Both the position numbers and the translations under genes were made by a program. The notes under the pieces were generated by a model. The model was not told the origin of the DNA. It did no database searches and saw nothing but the letters and a program-made list of their open reading frames with translations. Of a stretch of 64,000 nt of DNA, positions 38,020 to 47,366 are shown piece by piece; positions within the stretch are counted from its first letter, which is position 1; the number at the start of each line of letters is the position of its first letter. The DNA lies in the IMG/VR virus record IMGVR_UViG_3300048033_001554, positions 20,354 to 84,353 of that record. One strand, 5' to 3'. Origin of the DNA: a virus.

Positions 38020-38828
38020 GTTGAAATATCTTTAGAATTATCATATATGATTTTAGATTGTTCTGGAGTCATTATAAACTGCTTAAGACAGCTTGTCAAC
38101 GGATAATTCCGCAACTTGTTGCCTTTGTTATTATAAACGTAATTATAGCAAGTTTTATGATTAACACAAAGATAAGCTACAGCAAGATCGGTTTCCTTAT
38201 GAGGAACTCTAATAAAGAAAAGTATGTCAACGCCATCAAGTTTTTTCCATTGAGATTGATCAATCCAAAAACCTTGCTCTCTTTGGTTCAACTGAATTGT
38301 TTTAAGCTCGTAAGTAAGCTCGCCAATCATGCCATCTTTTTTGCTGTCATACCAGTCTTCAGAACGTTCGGCTCCGTAAAACTTTTCTATAGCCATTTCG
38401 CCGATGTCACCAATTTTTACCGCGGTGGTTTCTTTTGGCATTGACGGTGTATCTACAAATCCTACTACAGGAATAGTACCCTTTTCTGTAACTTCAAATT
38501 TCTTACTATAGAGCTTAAACAAACCATTGCGATGCATTAGTAATGTTGGAAACCACGGATATCCACTTGAGTTCTTAGCAATTACATTTTTTACTGTAGA
38601 ATGGCGTTGAATATCAGACCAGCTAGAATATTCTGCGACTATTTTGCCTTTTTGCAAAACTCGCAAAGGCTTATTAGACATTTTCCAGTATTTATCCTGC
38701 CCACGGTGATAGTGAAAAATATTAGAAACTTCCGCCGCGGTCAACGGAAGTTCCAGTTCAAAGTATGCTGTTTCAACAAGATCTTCAAGCATTTTTTGTG
38801 TTCCAGTTTTTTTCAAATTGAGTTTCAA
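38007..38828 (-). CDS. Protein with C-terminal PD-(D/E)xK nuclease-like domain
   Basis: KIGDIGEMAI..DSKKDG..YELKT; true start may be the ATG near 38792. Confidence 0.5.
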   Translation of the reverse strand: MKLNLKKTGTQKMLEDLVETAYFELELPLTAAEVSNIFHYHRGQDKYWKMSNKPLRVLQKGKIVAEYSSWSDIQRHSTVKNVIAKNSSGYPWFPTLLMHRNGLFKLYSKKFEVTEKGTIPVVGFVDTPSMPKETTAVKIGDIGEMAIEKFYGAERSEDWYDSKKDGMIGELTYELKTIQLNQREQGFWIDQSQWKKLDGVDILFFIRVPHKETDLAVAYLCVNHKTCYNYVYNNKGNKLRNYPLTSCLKQFIMTPEQSKIIYDNSKDISTWRK

Positions 38829-39060
38829 AGTGATAGTTATTAGAATTAAGATTCCAAAAACCAGGACAGGATTTTTGTTGTCTGTTGAAATACCAATATT
38901 TGATCAAATCTTTAAGTTTAGGTGATTTTGTATTGATATGACATTTCTCAAGAATTTGAAATAGTTGGTTGAGTTGCGATTCACAGGTTTTATTTTGAGG
39001 ATTAAGTGTAGCGATGAGATAAGCACCGTCAAAGTCGTGACTGAGTTTAGAATTTAACAT
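38785..39060 (-). CDS. Hypothetical protein
   Basis: AGGAG SD and its own sigma70-like promoter. Confidence 0.6.
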   Translation of the reverse strand: MLNSKLSHDFDGAYLIATLNPQNKTCESQLNQLFQILEKCHINTKSPKLKDLIKYWYFNRQQKSCPGFWNLNSNNYHFETQFEKNWNTKNA

Positions 39061-39084
39061 TGTTGTTTCTCCTTAACAGGATAT

Positions 39085-39113
39085 TTTATAACACATTTAA
39101 AAACGTTTGTCAA
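39085..39113 (-). promoter_or_regulatory. Sigma70-like early promoter
   Basis: TTGACA-17 nt-TATAAA. Confidence 0.65.
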
Positions 39114-39757
39114 CCGCAAAGTTCATTTTGCCATTCTTTAGGCAGGTTGTTAATAGCTTTTTTCCAACAACGAAGAATGCCGTTTACAAGAGTATCGTAA
39201 GCTTCTTCGTAAGAACGTTCAATAGCGTTAGAAGCTTTCTCTTTAGTCCAGTTGATTTGTAAACAATTAGCAATATTAGCATTTTCGCCGTAATTAGCAA
39301 TCTGCTTAGCACCACGTACCATTACATTAGAAGAGTCTTTTTTATCTACAGACAAAAACCAGTAGTCTTTATTTGGAATATCTGCTTTGTTTTCGTTTAT
39401 CAAATCAACATACTTTTTCCATCCCATCGCAAATGGAATTTGATCAAAATCTAGATCAGTAAGAGCATAAACAAAACCACCTTTAGAAGTAGCGTTATCA
39501 GAACTACCAATAGATGTTTTGATATTAACAGGATGAGTAGTTACACCATCATAGTCGATCACAAACATATCAGCCGAGTGGCGTGGCTTTTCAGTATCGA
39601 TATGTTTACTGAGTGTAGGATGTGATTGAAGAAAACGAATTACTGAACCTTCATCCTGAAGAGAAGCTACGCGACCTTCACCTTCAATTTTTTCAGCAAT
39701 TTTGATTTTTTCTTCTTTAAGAGCTGCTACAACGTCAATTAAGATTTGTGGTGTCAT
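39110..39757 (-). CDS. Restriction-endonuclease-like protein (PD-(D/E)xK variant)
   Basis: EGRVASLQDE..PRHSADMF..PVNIKTS..DN; KDYWFL; NCLQINW; start moved to ATG 39757 behind AAGGA. Confidence 0.55.
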   Translation of the reverse strand: MTPQILIDVVAALKEEKIKIAEKIEGEGRVASLQDEGSVIRFLQSHPTLSKHIDTEKPRHSADMFVIDYDGVTTHPVNIKTSIGSSDNATSKGGFVYALTDLDFDQIPFAMGWKKYVDLINENKADIPNKDYWFLSVDKKDSSNVMVRGAKQIANYGENANIANCLQINWTKEKASNAIERSYEEAYDTLVNGILRCWKKAINNLPKEWQNELCG

Positions 39758-39786
39758 AATATAATATTCCTTTTGTTGATAAATCA

Positions 39787-39814
39787 ATTATACCATACAA
39801 TCAGAGTTTGTCAA
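39787..39814 (-). promoter_or_regulatory. Sigma70-like early promoter
   Basis: TTGACA-16 nt-TATAAT. Confidence 0.65.
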
Positions 39815-39821
39815 CTGTTTT

Positions 39822-40055
39822 TTAGTAGTATTTTTTCTTCCAAGCAGAACCAACAGTAGCAAGACCACTACCGGACAAATACACTTGCCACATGATACGA
39901 GACACTTCAGCTGAGTTCGGAGCCTTAGAGATGTCGTACTGAAGACGTTCTAGAACACGCTGCTTAGTCTTCTTTGGATCTATTAGGTTCACTGCAGCAA
40001 AGCGAGCTTCATTCAGAGGTAGCTTATCTAGCTTTTGTAGCATGTTCATATCCAT
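39822..40055 (-). CDS. Hypothetical protein
   Basis: Early-region ORF; ATG 40055 overlaps the upstream stop. Confidence 0.65.
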   Translation of the reverse strand: MDMNMLQKLDKLPLNEARFAAVNLIDPKKTKQRVLERLQYDISKAPNSAEVSRIMWQVYLSGSGLATVGSAWKKKYY

Positions 40056-40177
40056 TAGTCTTCTCCAATCCAAATATTCAAGTGAGCGATAGTTTCATCT
40101 TTACGAGTTACTACATAATCCAAACCAGCTTTTCTTAACGCTGCTTTGAGCTTTTCGAGTTTTTCGTTATCAGACAT
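40055..40177 (-). CDS. Small hypothetical protein (40 aa)
   Basis: Translated by hand: MSDNEKLEKLKAALRKAGLDYVVTRKDETIAHLNIWIGED*; AGGA SD. Confidence 0.55.
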   Translation of the reverse strand: MSDNEKLEKLKAALRKAGLDYVVTRKDETIAHLNIWIGED

Positions 40178-40185
40178 TGATTATC

Positions 40186-40440
40186 CTATCGTGTGTAAAC
40201 GTAAACGTCAGCAGTAGTAGCCATACCAAGTGGCAAAGACTGATGGAAGCGACGTGAAGGGCGAGGACCGCGACCTTGAAGTTTTACATACATTTGATCA
40301 CTAAACAATCTGTTGCTTTGCTTAACAAGCTGACGAAGCTCTGCAACCAATTCTGCATCTTTTCCAACTGGACGACCGTCTTTCATTTCAACAGTAAAAC
40401 GGTAAGCATCTGAGGTGCGGTTTGTAGAAGTGAATTTCAT
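40186..40440 (-). CDS. Hypothetical early protein
   Basis: YVKLQGRGPR..QSLPL..ADVYVY; own promoter and AAGGA SD. Confidence 0.7.
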   Translation of the reverse strand: MKFTSTNRTSDAYRFTVEMKDGRPVGKDAELVAELRQLVKQSNRLFSDQMYVKLQGRGPRPSRRFHQSLPLGMATTADVYVYTR

Positions 40441-40470
40441 GATGTATTCCTTATTTGATTTGATAAGACT

Positions 40471-40499
40471 ATATTATATCATACTAGAACGAATGTCAA
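40471..40499 (-). promoter_or_regulatory. Sigma70-like early promoter
   Basis: GTTGACATTC..GATATAATAT followed by TCTTATCAAAT. Confidence 0.65.
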
Positions 40500-40512
40500 C
40501 AGTTAATTTCAT

Positions 40513-40689
40513 TTAATTTGAAATATTTTTTGTAACACTCTTAGTTGCATTTGATTTAGTACTGCATTTTTCACAGTAGTGATACTTATCTTCGTGTTTA
40601 ATGCCGGTGGCAATGATAACATCACATCCGTTACAGAGCAATGCACCACGACCTCCATTAAATTTCACTTGTGCTTTTTTGAAACTCAT
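40513..40689 (-). CDS. Small Zn-finger-like protein (58 aa)
   Basis: Translated by hand: MSFKKAQVKFNGGRGALLCNGCDVII..YCEKC. Confidence 0.55.
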   Translation of the reverse strand: MSFKKAQVKFNGGRGALLCNGCDVIIATGIKHEDKYHYCEKCSTKSNATKSVTKNISN

Positions 40690-40949
40690 CCTTTCATACC
40701 CAACTTCATAAACTCAGTTGCCTCATCGGCAGTTACACCTGAAGTTTTAAGAATATCTTGAACCTTTGAAGGACCAAAGATAGCTCCTACACGAGTAAGA
40801 GTATCGCCAAAAGAAGCCATTCGATTGTAACGACCAATTTCAGCATCCTTCAAACCTTTCATAGGAGTGGTTGCTGCGATATCCATTAGACGACGGCCAA
40901 TGCCAGCAAGTTTGATTTCGTTTGGAGTTGGATCATAGTAGCTTTTCAT
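40686..40949 (-). CDS. Hypothetical early protein
   Basis: Start moved to ATG 40949 (MKSYYDPTP), downstream of a promoter and AAGGTG SD. Confidence 0.65.
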   Translation of the reverse strand: MKSYYDPTPNEIKLAGIGRRLMDIAATTPMKGLKDAEIGRYNRMASFGDTLTRVGAIFGPSKVQDILKTSGVTADEATEFMKLGMKG

Positions 40950-40979
40950 AATGTTCACCTTTTTTGATTTGATAAGATA

Positions 40980-41008
40980 ATTATAAACAATTTGAGAGTG
41001 AATGTCAA
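40980..41008 (-). promoter_or_regulatory. Sigma70-like early promoter
   Basis: Perfect TTGACA-17 nt-TATAAT followed by TATCTTATCAAAT. Confidence 0.8.
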
Positions 41009-41027
41009 CGGTTATTTTCAATTATTT

Positions 41028-41249
41028 TCAATTAATTTCTTCTACAGTAACTCGGTAAGATTTGCCATTAAAATCAGTGACTACAATGGTCCTCTTAGTA
41101 GACAGAAAGTAACCTTCAGTAGGATGTAGATCCATAGATGGATTACCTACATGTTCTAGAATAGCGTCTCCGGTGCTCTCTGCATCAATCATTTCACGCT
41201 TTAGCAGTACACTAATGATATCTGCAATGTAATCACAATATGCTAACAT
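41028..41249 (-). CDS. Hypothetical protein
   Basis: 73 aa, co-oriented with neighbours. Confidence 0.65.
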   Translation of the reverse strand: MLAYCDYIADIISVLLKREMIDAESTGDAILEHVGNPSMDLHPTEGYFLSTKRTIVVTDFNGKSYRVTVEEIN

Positions 41250-41251
41250 AA

Positions 41252-41626
41252 TTAAGCCGCCATCTTAGGGTTAAAGGAAAATGCTACGAAACCAACCGGA
41301 GCAACCACTGCGCATTGACCTTCTTCGTCAACAATGACATCACCAACAGACAAGGAAGACATACGAGACAGACGTTCGATGTTTTCTTCTGGACCAATAT
41401 TGCCAACTTCGAAGCAATCGTTATAGTCATTGGCTGTGATGTTTGCAACATGAGTGTAAAGGCCGGTTTCAAATGCGTCAGAAGCAATACCACCAATTTT
41501 GTGGCCATCAAAGTCCATCATCATTTTCAATTTGGCTGATTGAGCTGGGACAGCATCATGGCCTTCAGCATTTATAAGGTCGATTTGAGCTTCTGTCAGC
41601 TGGATCTGGTAAATTGCAAATTTCAT
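41252..41626 (-). CDS. Hypothetical early protein with YodL-like motif
   Basis: MKFAIYQI; MSSLSVGDVIV. Confidence 0.65.
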   Translation of the reverse strand: MKFAIYQIQLTEAQIDLINAEGHDAVPAQSAKLKMMMDFDGHKIGGIASDAFETGLYTHVANITANDYNDCFEVGNIGPEENIERLSRMSSLSVGDVIVDEEGQCAVVAPVGFVAFSFNPKMAA

Positions 41627-41656
41627 GTTTGACACCTTTTTTCATTTGATAAGATA

Positions 41657-41685
41657 ATTATATATCATCTAAAAACGAATGTCAA
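41657..41685 (-). promoter_or_regulatory. Sigma70-like early promoter
   Basis: Perfect TTGACA-17 nt-TATAAT followed by TATCTTATCAAAT. Confidence 0.8.
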
Positions 41686-41694
41686 CAACTTTTT

Positions 41695-42786
41695 TCATTT
41701 TATTTCAAGTTTTTTAGTATGTTTTAAGCTATTTTTCCATCTGCCATTTCTTTTGTTACATGTCTGTGCACAAACTCTGAATGGAACACTACTCCAAGAT
41801 TCTTCTATATGCTTAAACAAACCAGCGTTAAGAATATCTGTGATATCGTGTTTAGTTACATTATTGAATTCTCGGTCTAGTTTTAGCTCAGTGTAAAGCT
41901 TTTTAGAAAGCAATCCTTCTGTATTCTTTAAGACATCACTTTGGACTTCTTGCCCTATCCAACAACAAGGCCACAATTTCTTTTCAGCGGACAAGTAAAC
42001 CATAGCATCTTGATCTGCTTGACATTGAATATCAGCTGTAATATCATAGCTTTCGTCATATGTTTTGGGATATTGCGGTTGAAAATCCCTAACGGTGTCA
42101 TTTCGCCTGTGCTTATAGTTATCTTCGATCGCTGACGCAGGTTCTAAAGAGTATTCTGGTTTGTGCTTCTTATCATATACTATAAGATCCTTGGTGCCCC
42201 ATCTCATAGACACCCTAGATTTAAATTGTTTAAATCCATATTGCTTCGCAAGTTCACGGCATTCTTGTTCTTGGTGCTCATTATGTTTAAAGATGGTCAT
42301 AGCCCAATTCGCCTCTCCACCTGCGTCTATGTAGGCTTTAGCATTTTTCATTACAACACTAAATAACGTATTTCTTCTGTATAAATGATGCGTATCTTCG
42401 AGACCATCTATACCAAATTCTACATTGACGTTATGTTGTTTACCTAACCAAGCCCAAAAATCTGTAGATAAAGCTCCACCATTTGTGTTAATTTTTATAC
42501 GCATACTACGATTTAATAAAACTTCAATTAATCCTTTTGGATTTGAATGTTTAACTATATCTCCAAAATTTCCATTTACTACTACAGTAAAAACATTAGA
42601 AAAATATTCGTGGTCAAGAACCTTTTCTAGCTCTTCTGTAGACCACTCATTTATTTCTAATCCTGGCATTGTTTTAAAAAAAGTATCATAAGTTCTTGGG
42701 CACTGAGGGCATCGAGCATTACATCCGCTAGTAGGCTCTAAGTGTATAGTTCTAATAAGCCTTTTGTATATTCCATAATCAACCAT
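41695..42786 (-). CDS. Radical SAM protein with SPASM/twitch-like C-terminus
   Basis: CNARCPQC; GNFGD; NTNGG; FGIDG; C-terminal IQC..LWPCCW..CAQTC. Confidence 0.88.
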   Translation of the reverse strand: MVDYGIYKRLIRTIHLEPTSGCNARCPQCPRTYDTFFKTMPGLEINEWSTEELEKVLDHEYFSNVFTVVVNGNFGDIVKHSNPKGLIEVLLNRSMRIKINTNGGALSTDFWAWLGKQHNVNVEFGIDGLEDTHHLYRRNTLFSVVMKNAKAYIDAGGEANWAMTIFKHNEHQEQECRELAKQYGFKQFKSRVSMRWGTKDLIVYDKKHKPEYSLEPASAIEDNYKHRRNDTVRDFQPQYPKTYDESYDITADIQCQADQDAMVYLSAEKKLWPCCWIGQEVQSDVLKNTEGLLSKKLYTELKLDREFNNVTKHDITDILNAGLFKHIEESWSSVPFRVCAQTCNKRNGRWKNSLKHTKKLEIK

Positions 42787-42806
42787 TTGTACGCCTATAT
42801 TTGATT

Positions 42807-43706
42807 TTAACCAAAAGCTTCTACTCTATCTATGATATTGTAGTTGCATAAATTTTTTATAATTTTTGTATAGCTCTCGTTTGTATCAATAAACGCAACT
42901 GGAATATTTCCAATAGCATTCTTAGGATCGCCTTTAGTAAAACCCAGAGCAGTAAGATAATTGTTATTTTGATCCCACCAATTATTCATTCCTTCTAAGA
43001 ATTTATTAACGTTGTCTTCTTGCCTATTATGAAAGTAAGCGGTGAAATCTGGGCTATACCATCTTAGTGGACGAATATTATCTTCGCCAACTACGTCGTC
43101 GCCATCTTTAAACACATCATATAAAGGCTTTCCTACTTCACAATAGTTTATATAGACTTCTCCAAATTTTCTTTTTAGAGTGAACAACTCATAATCTGAA
43201 TCTTGTAGATTCAATCTATTTCTGTTATTGAATGTTACAACTATTCTTGGGTAATAACTAGTCTTGCTTTGAAAAGCATTTGCGTAATAATTTTCAGCTC
43301 TATGTATTATTACGTTGTATCTTTCTAAAGCTATTTTTTGAGCATCGTCGCATTCCATAAAAAAGTCAGAAGGTAGCAGAGTGCTACCTCTTAGGTTTTC
43401 AAAATAATGGTGTAAATGATTTAGCTGCTCTTGAGGCATACCAACATATGCTTCATGATGAATTACTTTTTTGTTTTTGTTTATTGTGCTAATACAAGAA
43501 TTTAATTCTTCAACCAGTCTTTCTTCAGTCCATTCACCAGAAGGAAAATTATACATTCTATCCGGTTCTTTTGCAGTATTATCTTTTTCAATTACTTGCT
43601 CTTTTAAACATTGAAACCATCTAATTGCAATGTCGGTATTGTAAACAGTATAGCTTAAGCGATATTCGCCGCCATTGCTGTTCTTAAAAATCACATCAAA
43701 ATACAT
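42807..43706 (-). CDS. Hypothetical protein
   Basis: 299 aa with LNHLHHYFE and YINYCEVGK motifs; AAGGAG SD. Confidence 0.7.
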   Translation of the reverse strand: MYFDVIFKNSNGGEYRLSYTVYNTDIAIRWFQCLKEQVIEKDNTAKEPDRMYNFPSGEWTEERLVEELNSCISTINKNKKVIHHEAYVGMPQEQLNHLHHYFENLRGSTLLPSDFFMECDDAQKIALERYNVIIHRAENYYANAFQSKTSYYPRIVVTFNNRNRLNLQDSDYELFTLKRKFGEVYINYCEVGKPLYDVFKDGDDVVGEDNIRPLRWYSPDFTAYFHNRQEDNVNKFLEGMNNWWDQNNNYLTALGFTKGDPKNAIGNIPVAFIDTNESYTKIIKNLCNYNIIDRVEAFG

Positions 43707-43718
43707 AATATCTCCTTA

Positions 43719-43732
43719 TATAAATATTTATT
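43719..43732. promoter_or_regulatory. Overlapping divergent late promoters
   Basis: TATAAATA (+) at 43719-43726 and AATAAATA (-) at 43725-43732, between divergent genes. Confidence 0.6.
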
Positions 43733-43742
43733 GGAGGAAGAC

Positions 43743-44414
43743 ATGGACAATTTTTTAAAATCAATAGATAGAGAAGAATTCAGAAATTATATAGATAATT
43801 CTGTATTCAAAGCTCAAGCGTGCCAACGAAATTGGGACCTATCTAAATTTGTTAATGAAAAGGATTTAGAGTCTATAATTGGTGCTGGAATGAATTGCCC
43901 ATCAAAACAAAATCAAGATTTTTATAATCTTCACGTGATAACTAATAGAGACATCATACAAAAATTATATGAGAGCTCAATTATACCAAATGGAAGAAGA
44001 AAAAATCCTCAATTATTAGCTAATGCAGTTATTCTATTTGAAAGCAAAGAAGTAGAAACTCCTAGATCTGACGAGCAAAAAAAGCTTGCTCTTGCCAAGA
44101 AGGGAATAATATCTCTTACTCAAAAAGATTTAGATGATTGCGAAAAAATAGTGTATAGAGATACTAATCAAAGTTTAGGAATAGCCGCTGGCTTTATTAA
44201 TATTACCTCAGCTATGCTTGGATATGAAACTGGATTTTGCGCATGTTTTGATGATGAAACTGTAAAATCTTTACTTGATATTCGTGGAAAACCATTGCTA
44301 GCAATAGGAATAGGAATAAAGGATGCAAGTAAAGATAGAACAGAAGATCATATAACTGGCGAACTGATATCTAAATATAAAAAAGGTCCTATAGGACTTA
44401 GTTTGCACAAATAA
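43743..44414 (+). CDS. Nitroreductase-family flavoprotein
   Basis: CQRNWD; CPSKQNQ; SLGIAAG..AMLGYETGFCACFD; IGIG. Confidence 0.85.
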   Translation: MDNFLKSIDREEFRNYIDNSVFKAQACQRNWDLSKFVNEKDLESIIGAGMNCPSKQNQDFYNLHVITNRDIIQKLYESSIIPNGRRKNPQLLANAVILFESKEVETPRSDEQKKLALAKKGIISLTQKDLDDCEKIVYRDTNQSLGIAAGFINITSAMLGYETGFCACFDDETVKSLLDIRGKPLLAIGIGIKDASKDRTEDHITGELISKYKKGPIGLSLHK

Positions 44415-44417
44415 GAT

Positions 44418-44696
44418 CTACTTCTTATTTCTTTGAGCATCCTCTGCTTCGATTACTCCTCTAAGTTCAGCGATGAGTTCTTCTGCAAGCTCAACTTGTC
44501 TTAAAGTAATTCTATGAGGTGTATTAGGAAATAAAAATGGCACAAACGCGTGGATGTATCCAGTGATTGCATTGGCCAAACCAAACGTGCTTAGCTTTAT
44601 TGCAAACCACATATGGGTAAAGTATCCGCTGCGAACTTCCTTCAAATGCTCAGTATTAATCAAATAGCCATATCGGCCTAAGTTGCCAAATTTCAT
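44418..44696 (-). CDS. Small membrane-associated protein (DUF6356-like)
   Basis: HLKEVRSGYFTHMWFA..IHAFVPFLF. Confidence 0.65.
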   Translation of the reverse strand: MKFGNLGRYGYLINTEHLKEVRSGYFTHMWFAIKLSTFGLANAITGYIHAFVPFLFPNTPHRITLRQVELAEELIAELRGVIEAEDAQRNKK

Positions 44697-44697
44697 G

Positions 44698-44910
44698 TTA
44701 AACCTCGTGGTGCTCAAATGTTTCGTGTACTAAGCTAGCTAATTTCTTTGCAGCATTCATAGATGCTTTTTCTAAAGCGAACGGAAAGATAGCATGAATT
44801 GAACTCGTAACAAAAACCGCTAATGACCAAATGACCATGTTAAGTCCAATTTTAATGTGACCAAAATAACCAGTGTTTGCTTTATTTAAATGTGCTACTA
44901 ATGTTGTCAT
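44698..44910 (-). CDS. Small membrane-associated protein (DUF6356-like), paralogue of its neighbour
   Basis: HLNKANTGYFGHIKIG..IHAIFPFAL. Confidence 0.65.
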   Translation of the reverse strand: MTTLVAHLNKANTGYFGHIKIGLNMVIWSLAVFVTSSIHAIFPFALEKASMNAAKKLASLVHETFEHHEV

Positions 44911-44922
44911 ATTTTTCTCCTT

Positions 44923-45600
44923 TTAGTATCCAAAAATTCCTGGAATTAACGTCCTATGGTTTACGTTAACTTTCATGTAGTTAAACCCGTCAGTTAATCC
45001 GTGTTCTATATATAAATCGTAATTAGAGTATCTTTTTATAGATTCTTTAAGGTACTCAGTATCAATCGCAGTCCACATTACTTTGTCTTTACTTGTAATA
45101 TAGGAAAGCTTTTTGTTTTGTATTTCTTCTATATTTGATATATCTATTGCATACTTGCTTTGAAGTATATCGAATATTTTTTGATTAGAAGGATCTATGT
45201 AGGTGAAACATACTTGTTTAGACACGTGACACAATTGCGCTATGCAATATAACATTTCATTTAACTCGTGGTGAGTAAATACACTATTAGCAAATGCAAT
45301 ATCAAATTGGTTTAATTTTGGAAAGTTTTCATTTTTGTTGCCGTGAGGATTGTATGCTTCGTGGTATCTGTTCCAATAAACTACGCCTGCATTTGGATGA
45401 TCTTCAAGCAATTCATTTAATGCGCTTTTACTTATATCTAAGCAAGTATAGTTTTCTTCTAAGATTTTACCTTTTGAATACCACAAAAGGTTTCCTCTGT
45501 TTCCACCAAAGTCAAGAATTTTTTTATCTTCGTAACCATCAACAAATTGATTGAAGATATTAAAGGCGTCAATTCTTTTGAATACAGAATATTTGTTCAT
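44923..45600 (-). CDS. Class I SAM-dependent methyltransferase
   Basis: KILDFGGNRG; YTCLDIS; FDIAFANSVFTH; TAATG coupling to the upstream gene. Confidence 0.8.
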   Translation of the reverse strand: MNKYSVFKRIDAFNIFNQFVDGYEDKKILDFGGNRGNLLWYSKGKILEENYTCLDISKSALNELLEDHPNAGVVYWNRYHEAYNPHGNKNENFPKLNQFDIAFANSVFTHHELNEMLYCIAQLCHVSKQVCFTYIDPSNQKIFDILQSKYAIDISNIEEIQNKKLSYITSKDKVMWTAIDTEYLKESIKRYSNYDLYIEHGLTDGFNYMKVNVNHRTLIPGIFGY

Positions 45601-45845
45601 TAGTATATAGTGGAATTGCCCACTTTGCTCCAATCAATTTCAACTAACCAGTGTGGCTTTTTTCTTTCAATAATCAACAGTAATAAGTATACATCACTTA
45701 TAATCGGAAATGCATAGAATACAAATCTTTCTACAATATTACATCTATTTATTGCCCCACCAATAAGACCGAGTGGATTTTGCATTCTTTCTTTTTCTAA
45801 AATAATAGAACAAACTATAAAACTAACTAATATCAAATACGTCAT
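45600..45845 (-). CDS. Small hydrophobic protein
   Basis: Two hydrophobic stretches; coupled to neighbours on both sides. Confidence 0.55.
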   Translation of the reverse strand: MTYLILVSFIVCSIILEKERMQNPLGLIGGAINRCNIVERFVFYAFPIISDVYLLLLIIERKKPHWLVEIDWSKVGNSTIY

Positions 45846-47365
45846 TCGTCTAGCCCTAAAAACTTATCTACTTTATCATAGTAACTTCTTTTCATATAAT
45901 CATGAGCTCTTTCTTTAATAGCAGGATCTATGAACAGTTCCGTAAACGTCATTTTGCGCAATGTTTCAAAATCAAAACCTAAACATTGATAGAACATCAA
46001 AAAGAATGTAGCAACTTTAATGTCGTCAATAAAATTCTCTTGAAGGTTTTTAACGTACTCAACAGCTTCAACACTCGACCAATCGTCTCTTATCCATCTG
46101 TTTGTTTTTTCGTCTATATAAAAACCATAGTCTTTGTAATTTTTTGAAAGCTCAGATGCGGTGCCAAGCTCTAATGGACTAAAAGAAAATGAATCAAATA
46201 AATGCTTGTGCGCAAACAAATCTTTTGACCATTCGTTTATAGTTTCTTCGTTATCTCCTGGAAGACCAGCAATAAAACTACCATATACACTTAAAGAATC
46301 ATTAAACGCCTCTTTTGATTTTTCTATTGTCTCAAAAATCTTTTCTTTGGGGCAGCTTTTGCCAATTGCTTTTGCTGCTTCATAGTTTAGTGACTCAACT
46401 CCTAGAAACCATGCGCATACATTAATCTTTTTAAGTAGCGGCAATTGCTCTGGGAATCTAGCAACTAAATCAATTCTTATGAATGCTGCAAATTCTAGCT
46501 TTTCTGGCAAAGCTAATTCTTCAATAGCATCGGCAATAGCTTGCAGTTTTACTGTTTGTTCATTGAATGTATCATCTATAATTACATATTTAGTTGTACC
46601 ATACAAATCGTAATTTTGCTTGAGCTCATGTTTGATACGCTCTTTTTCTCGTAAAAAAGAATCATCGCCTTTGCGTTTACCAATTAAAGGGTATGCACAA
46701 AACTTACATTTAAAAATGCATCCACGACCAAACTCGATTCCCATCGCATCCTCTGGATTCCAAAAATCCTCGGGTACATAGTTTATAAATGAATTTCTAA
46801 AATCAAATTGATTTCCTTTTGGATCAAAATCAATTACTTTGCATTTACTGCCATACGCAATATTGTAATTTAATTTTGTTCCGTTTTTTTCATGATTAGT
46901 GATATGCTCAGCCATTGCTTCACCCATACCAACTACATAGTAATCAATGCATTCTTCAACTATTGGTTTACGTTGAGTATCCATCATACCGCCGTATACC
47001 GTTTTTGCACCTTTTGAACGAATATAATCTGTCATAGATTTAATATCTTCATCTTGACTTGGCCAATGCCATAGGATATTCATTCTTGCCCCATCACGGG
47101 TATGTCTTTTAGTATAAACATCGTCGCCTCTTCTCATAAAAAGAGTAGAACTAAAACCAACCCATAATGTGTTTGGCCCCATTAATTTATCAAGCAGTTC
47201 GTTAATTTTGCCTTTTTTAATCCAATGAGTAAAGTTATTTAAAACAAACACACTATATCCAAGGTTGCGCATATGAGATGCGATTTTGTAACCGCCTACT
47301 GCACGCGCAACATTAAAGACAGGATCGCCTCCTTCAGTCATTATAATTATGTCGTATGTTTTCAT
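45842..47365 (-). CDS. Cobalamin-binding radical SAM enzyme (class B methyltransferase-like)
   Basis: N-terminal WVGFSSTL..VYGG..VGMGE domain; IEFGRGCIFKCKFC; IIDDTFN; LGVES; SFIAGLPGD. Confidence 0.88.
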   Translation of the reverse strand: MKTYDIIIMTEGGDPVFNVARAVGGYKIASHMRNLGYSVFVLNNFTHWIKKGKINELLDKLMGPNTLWVGFSSTLFMRRGDDVYTKRHTRDGARMNILWHWPSQDEDIKSMTDYIRSKGAKTVYGGMMDTQRKPIVEECIDYYVVGMGEAMAEHITNHEKNGTKLNYNIAYGSKCKVIDFDPKGNQFDFRNSFINYVPEDFWNPEDAMGIEFGRGCIFKCKFCAYPLIGKRKGDDSFLREKERIKHELKQNYDLYGTTKYVIIDDTFNEQTVKLQAIADAIEELALPEKLEFAAFIRIDLVARFPEQLPLLKKINVCAWFLGVESLNYEAAKAIGKSCPKEKIFETIEKSKEAFNDSLSVYGSFIAGLPGDNEETINEWSKDLFAHKHLFDSFSFSPLELGTASELSKNYKDYGFYIDEKTNRWIRDDWSSVEAVEYVKNLQENFIDDIKVATFFLMFYQCLGFDFETLRKMTFTELFIDPAIKERAHDYMKRSYYDKVDKFLGLDE

Positions 47366-47366
47366 A

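Noticed and set aside
38785-38828. Possible frameshift at an A7 run joining 38785..39060 to 38007..38828
   Set aside because: An ATG just before the upstream TGA (ATGCTTGA) explains the overlap as ordinary translational coupling
39780-41690. Regularly recurring ~40-nt motif resembling a CRISPR or attC array
   Set aside because: The copies are degenerate -35/-10 promoters separated by whole genes, not identical repeats with short spacers
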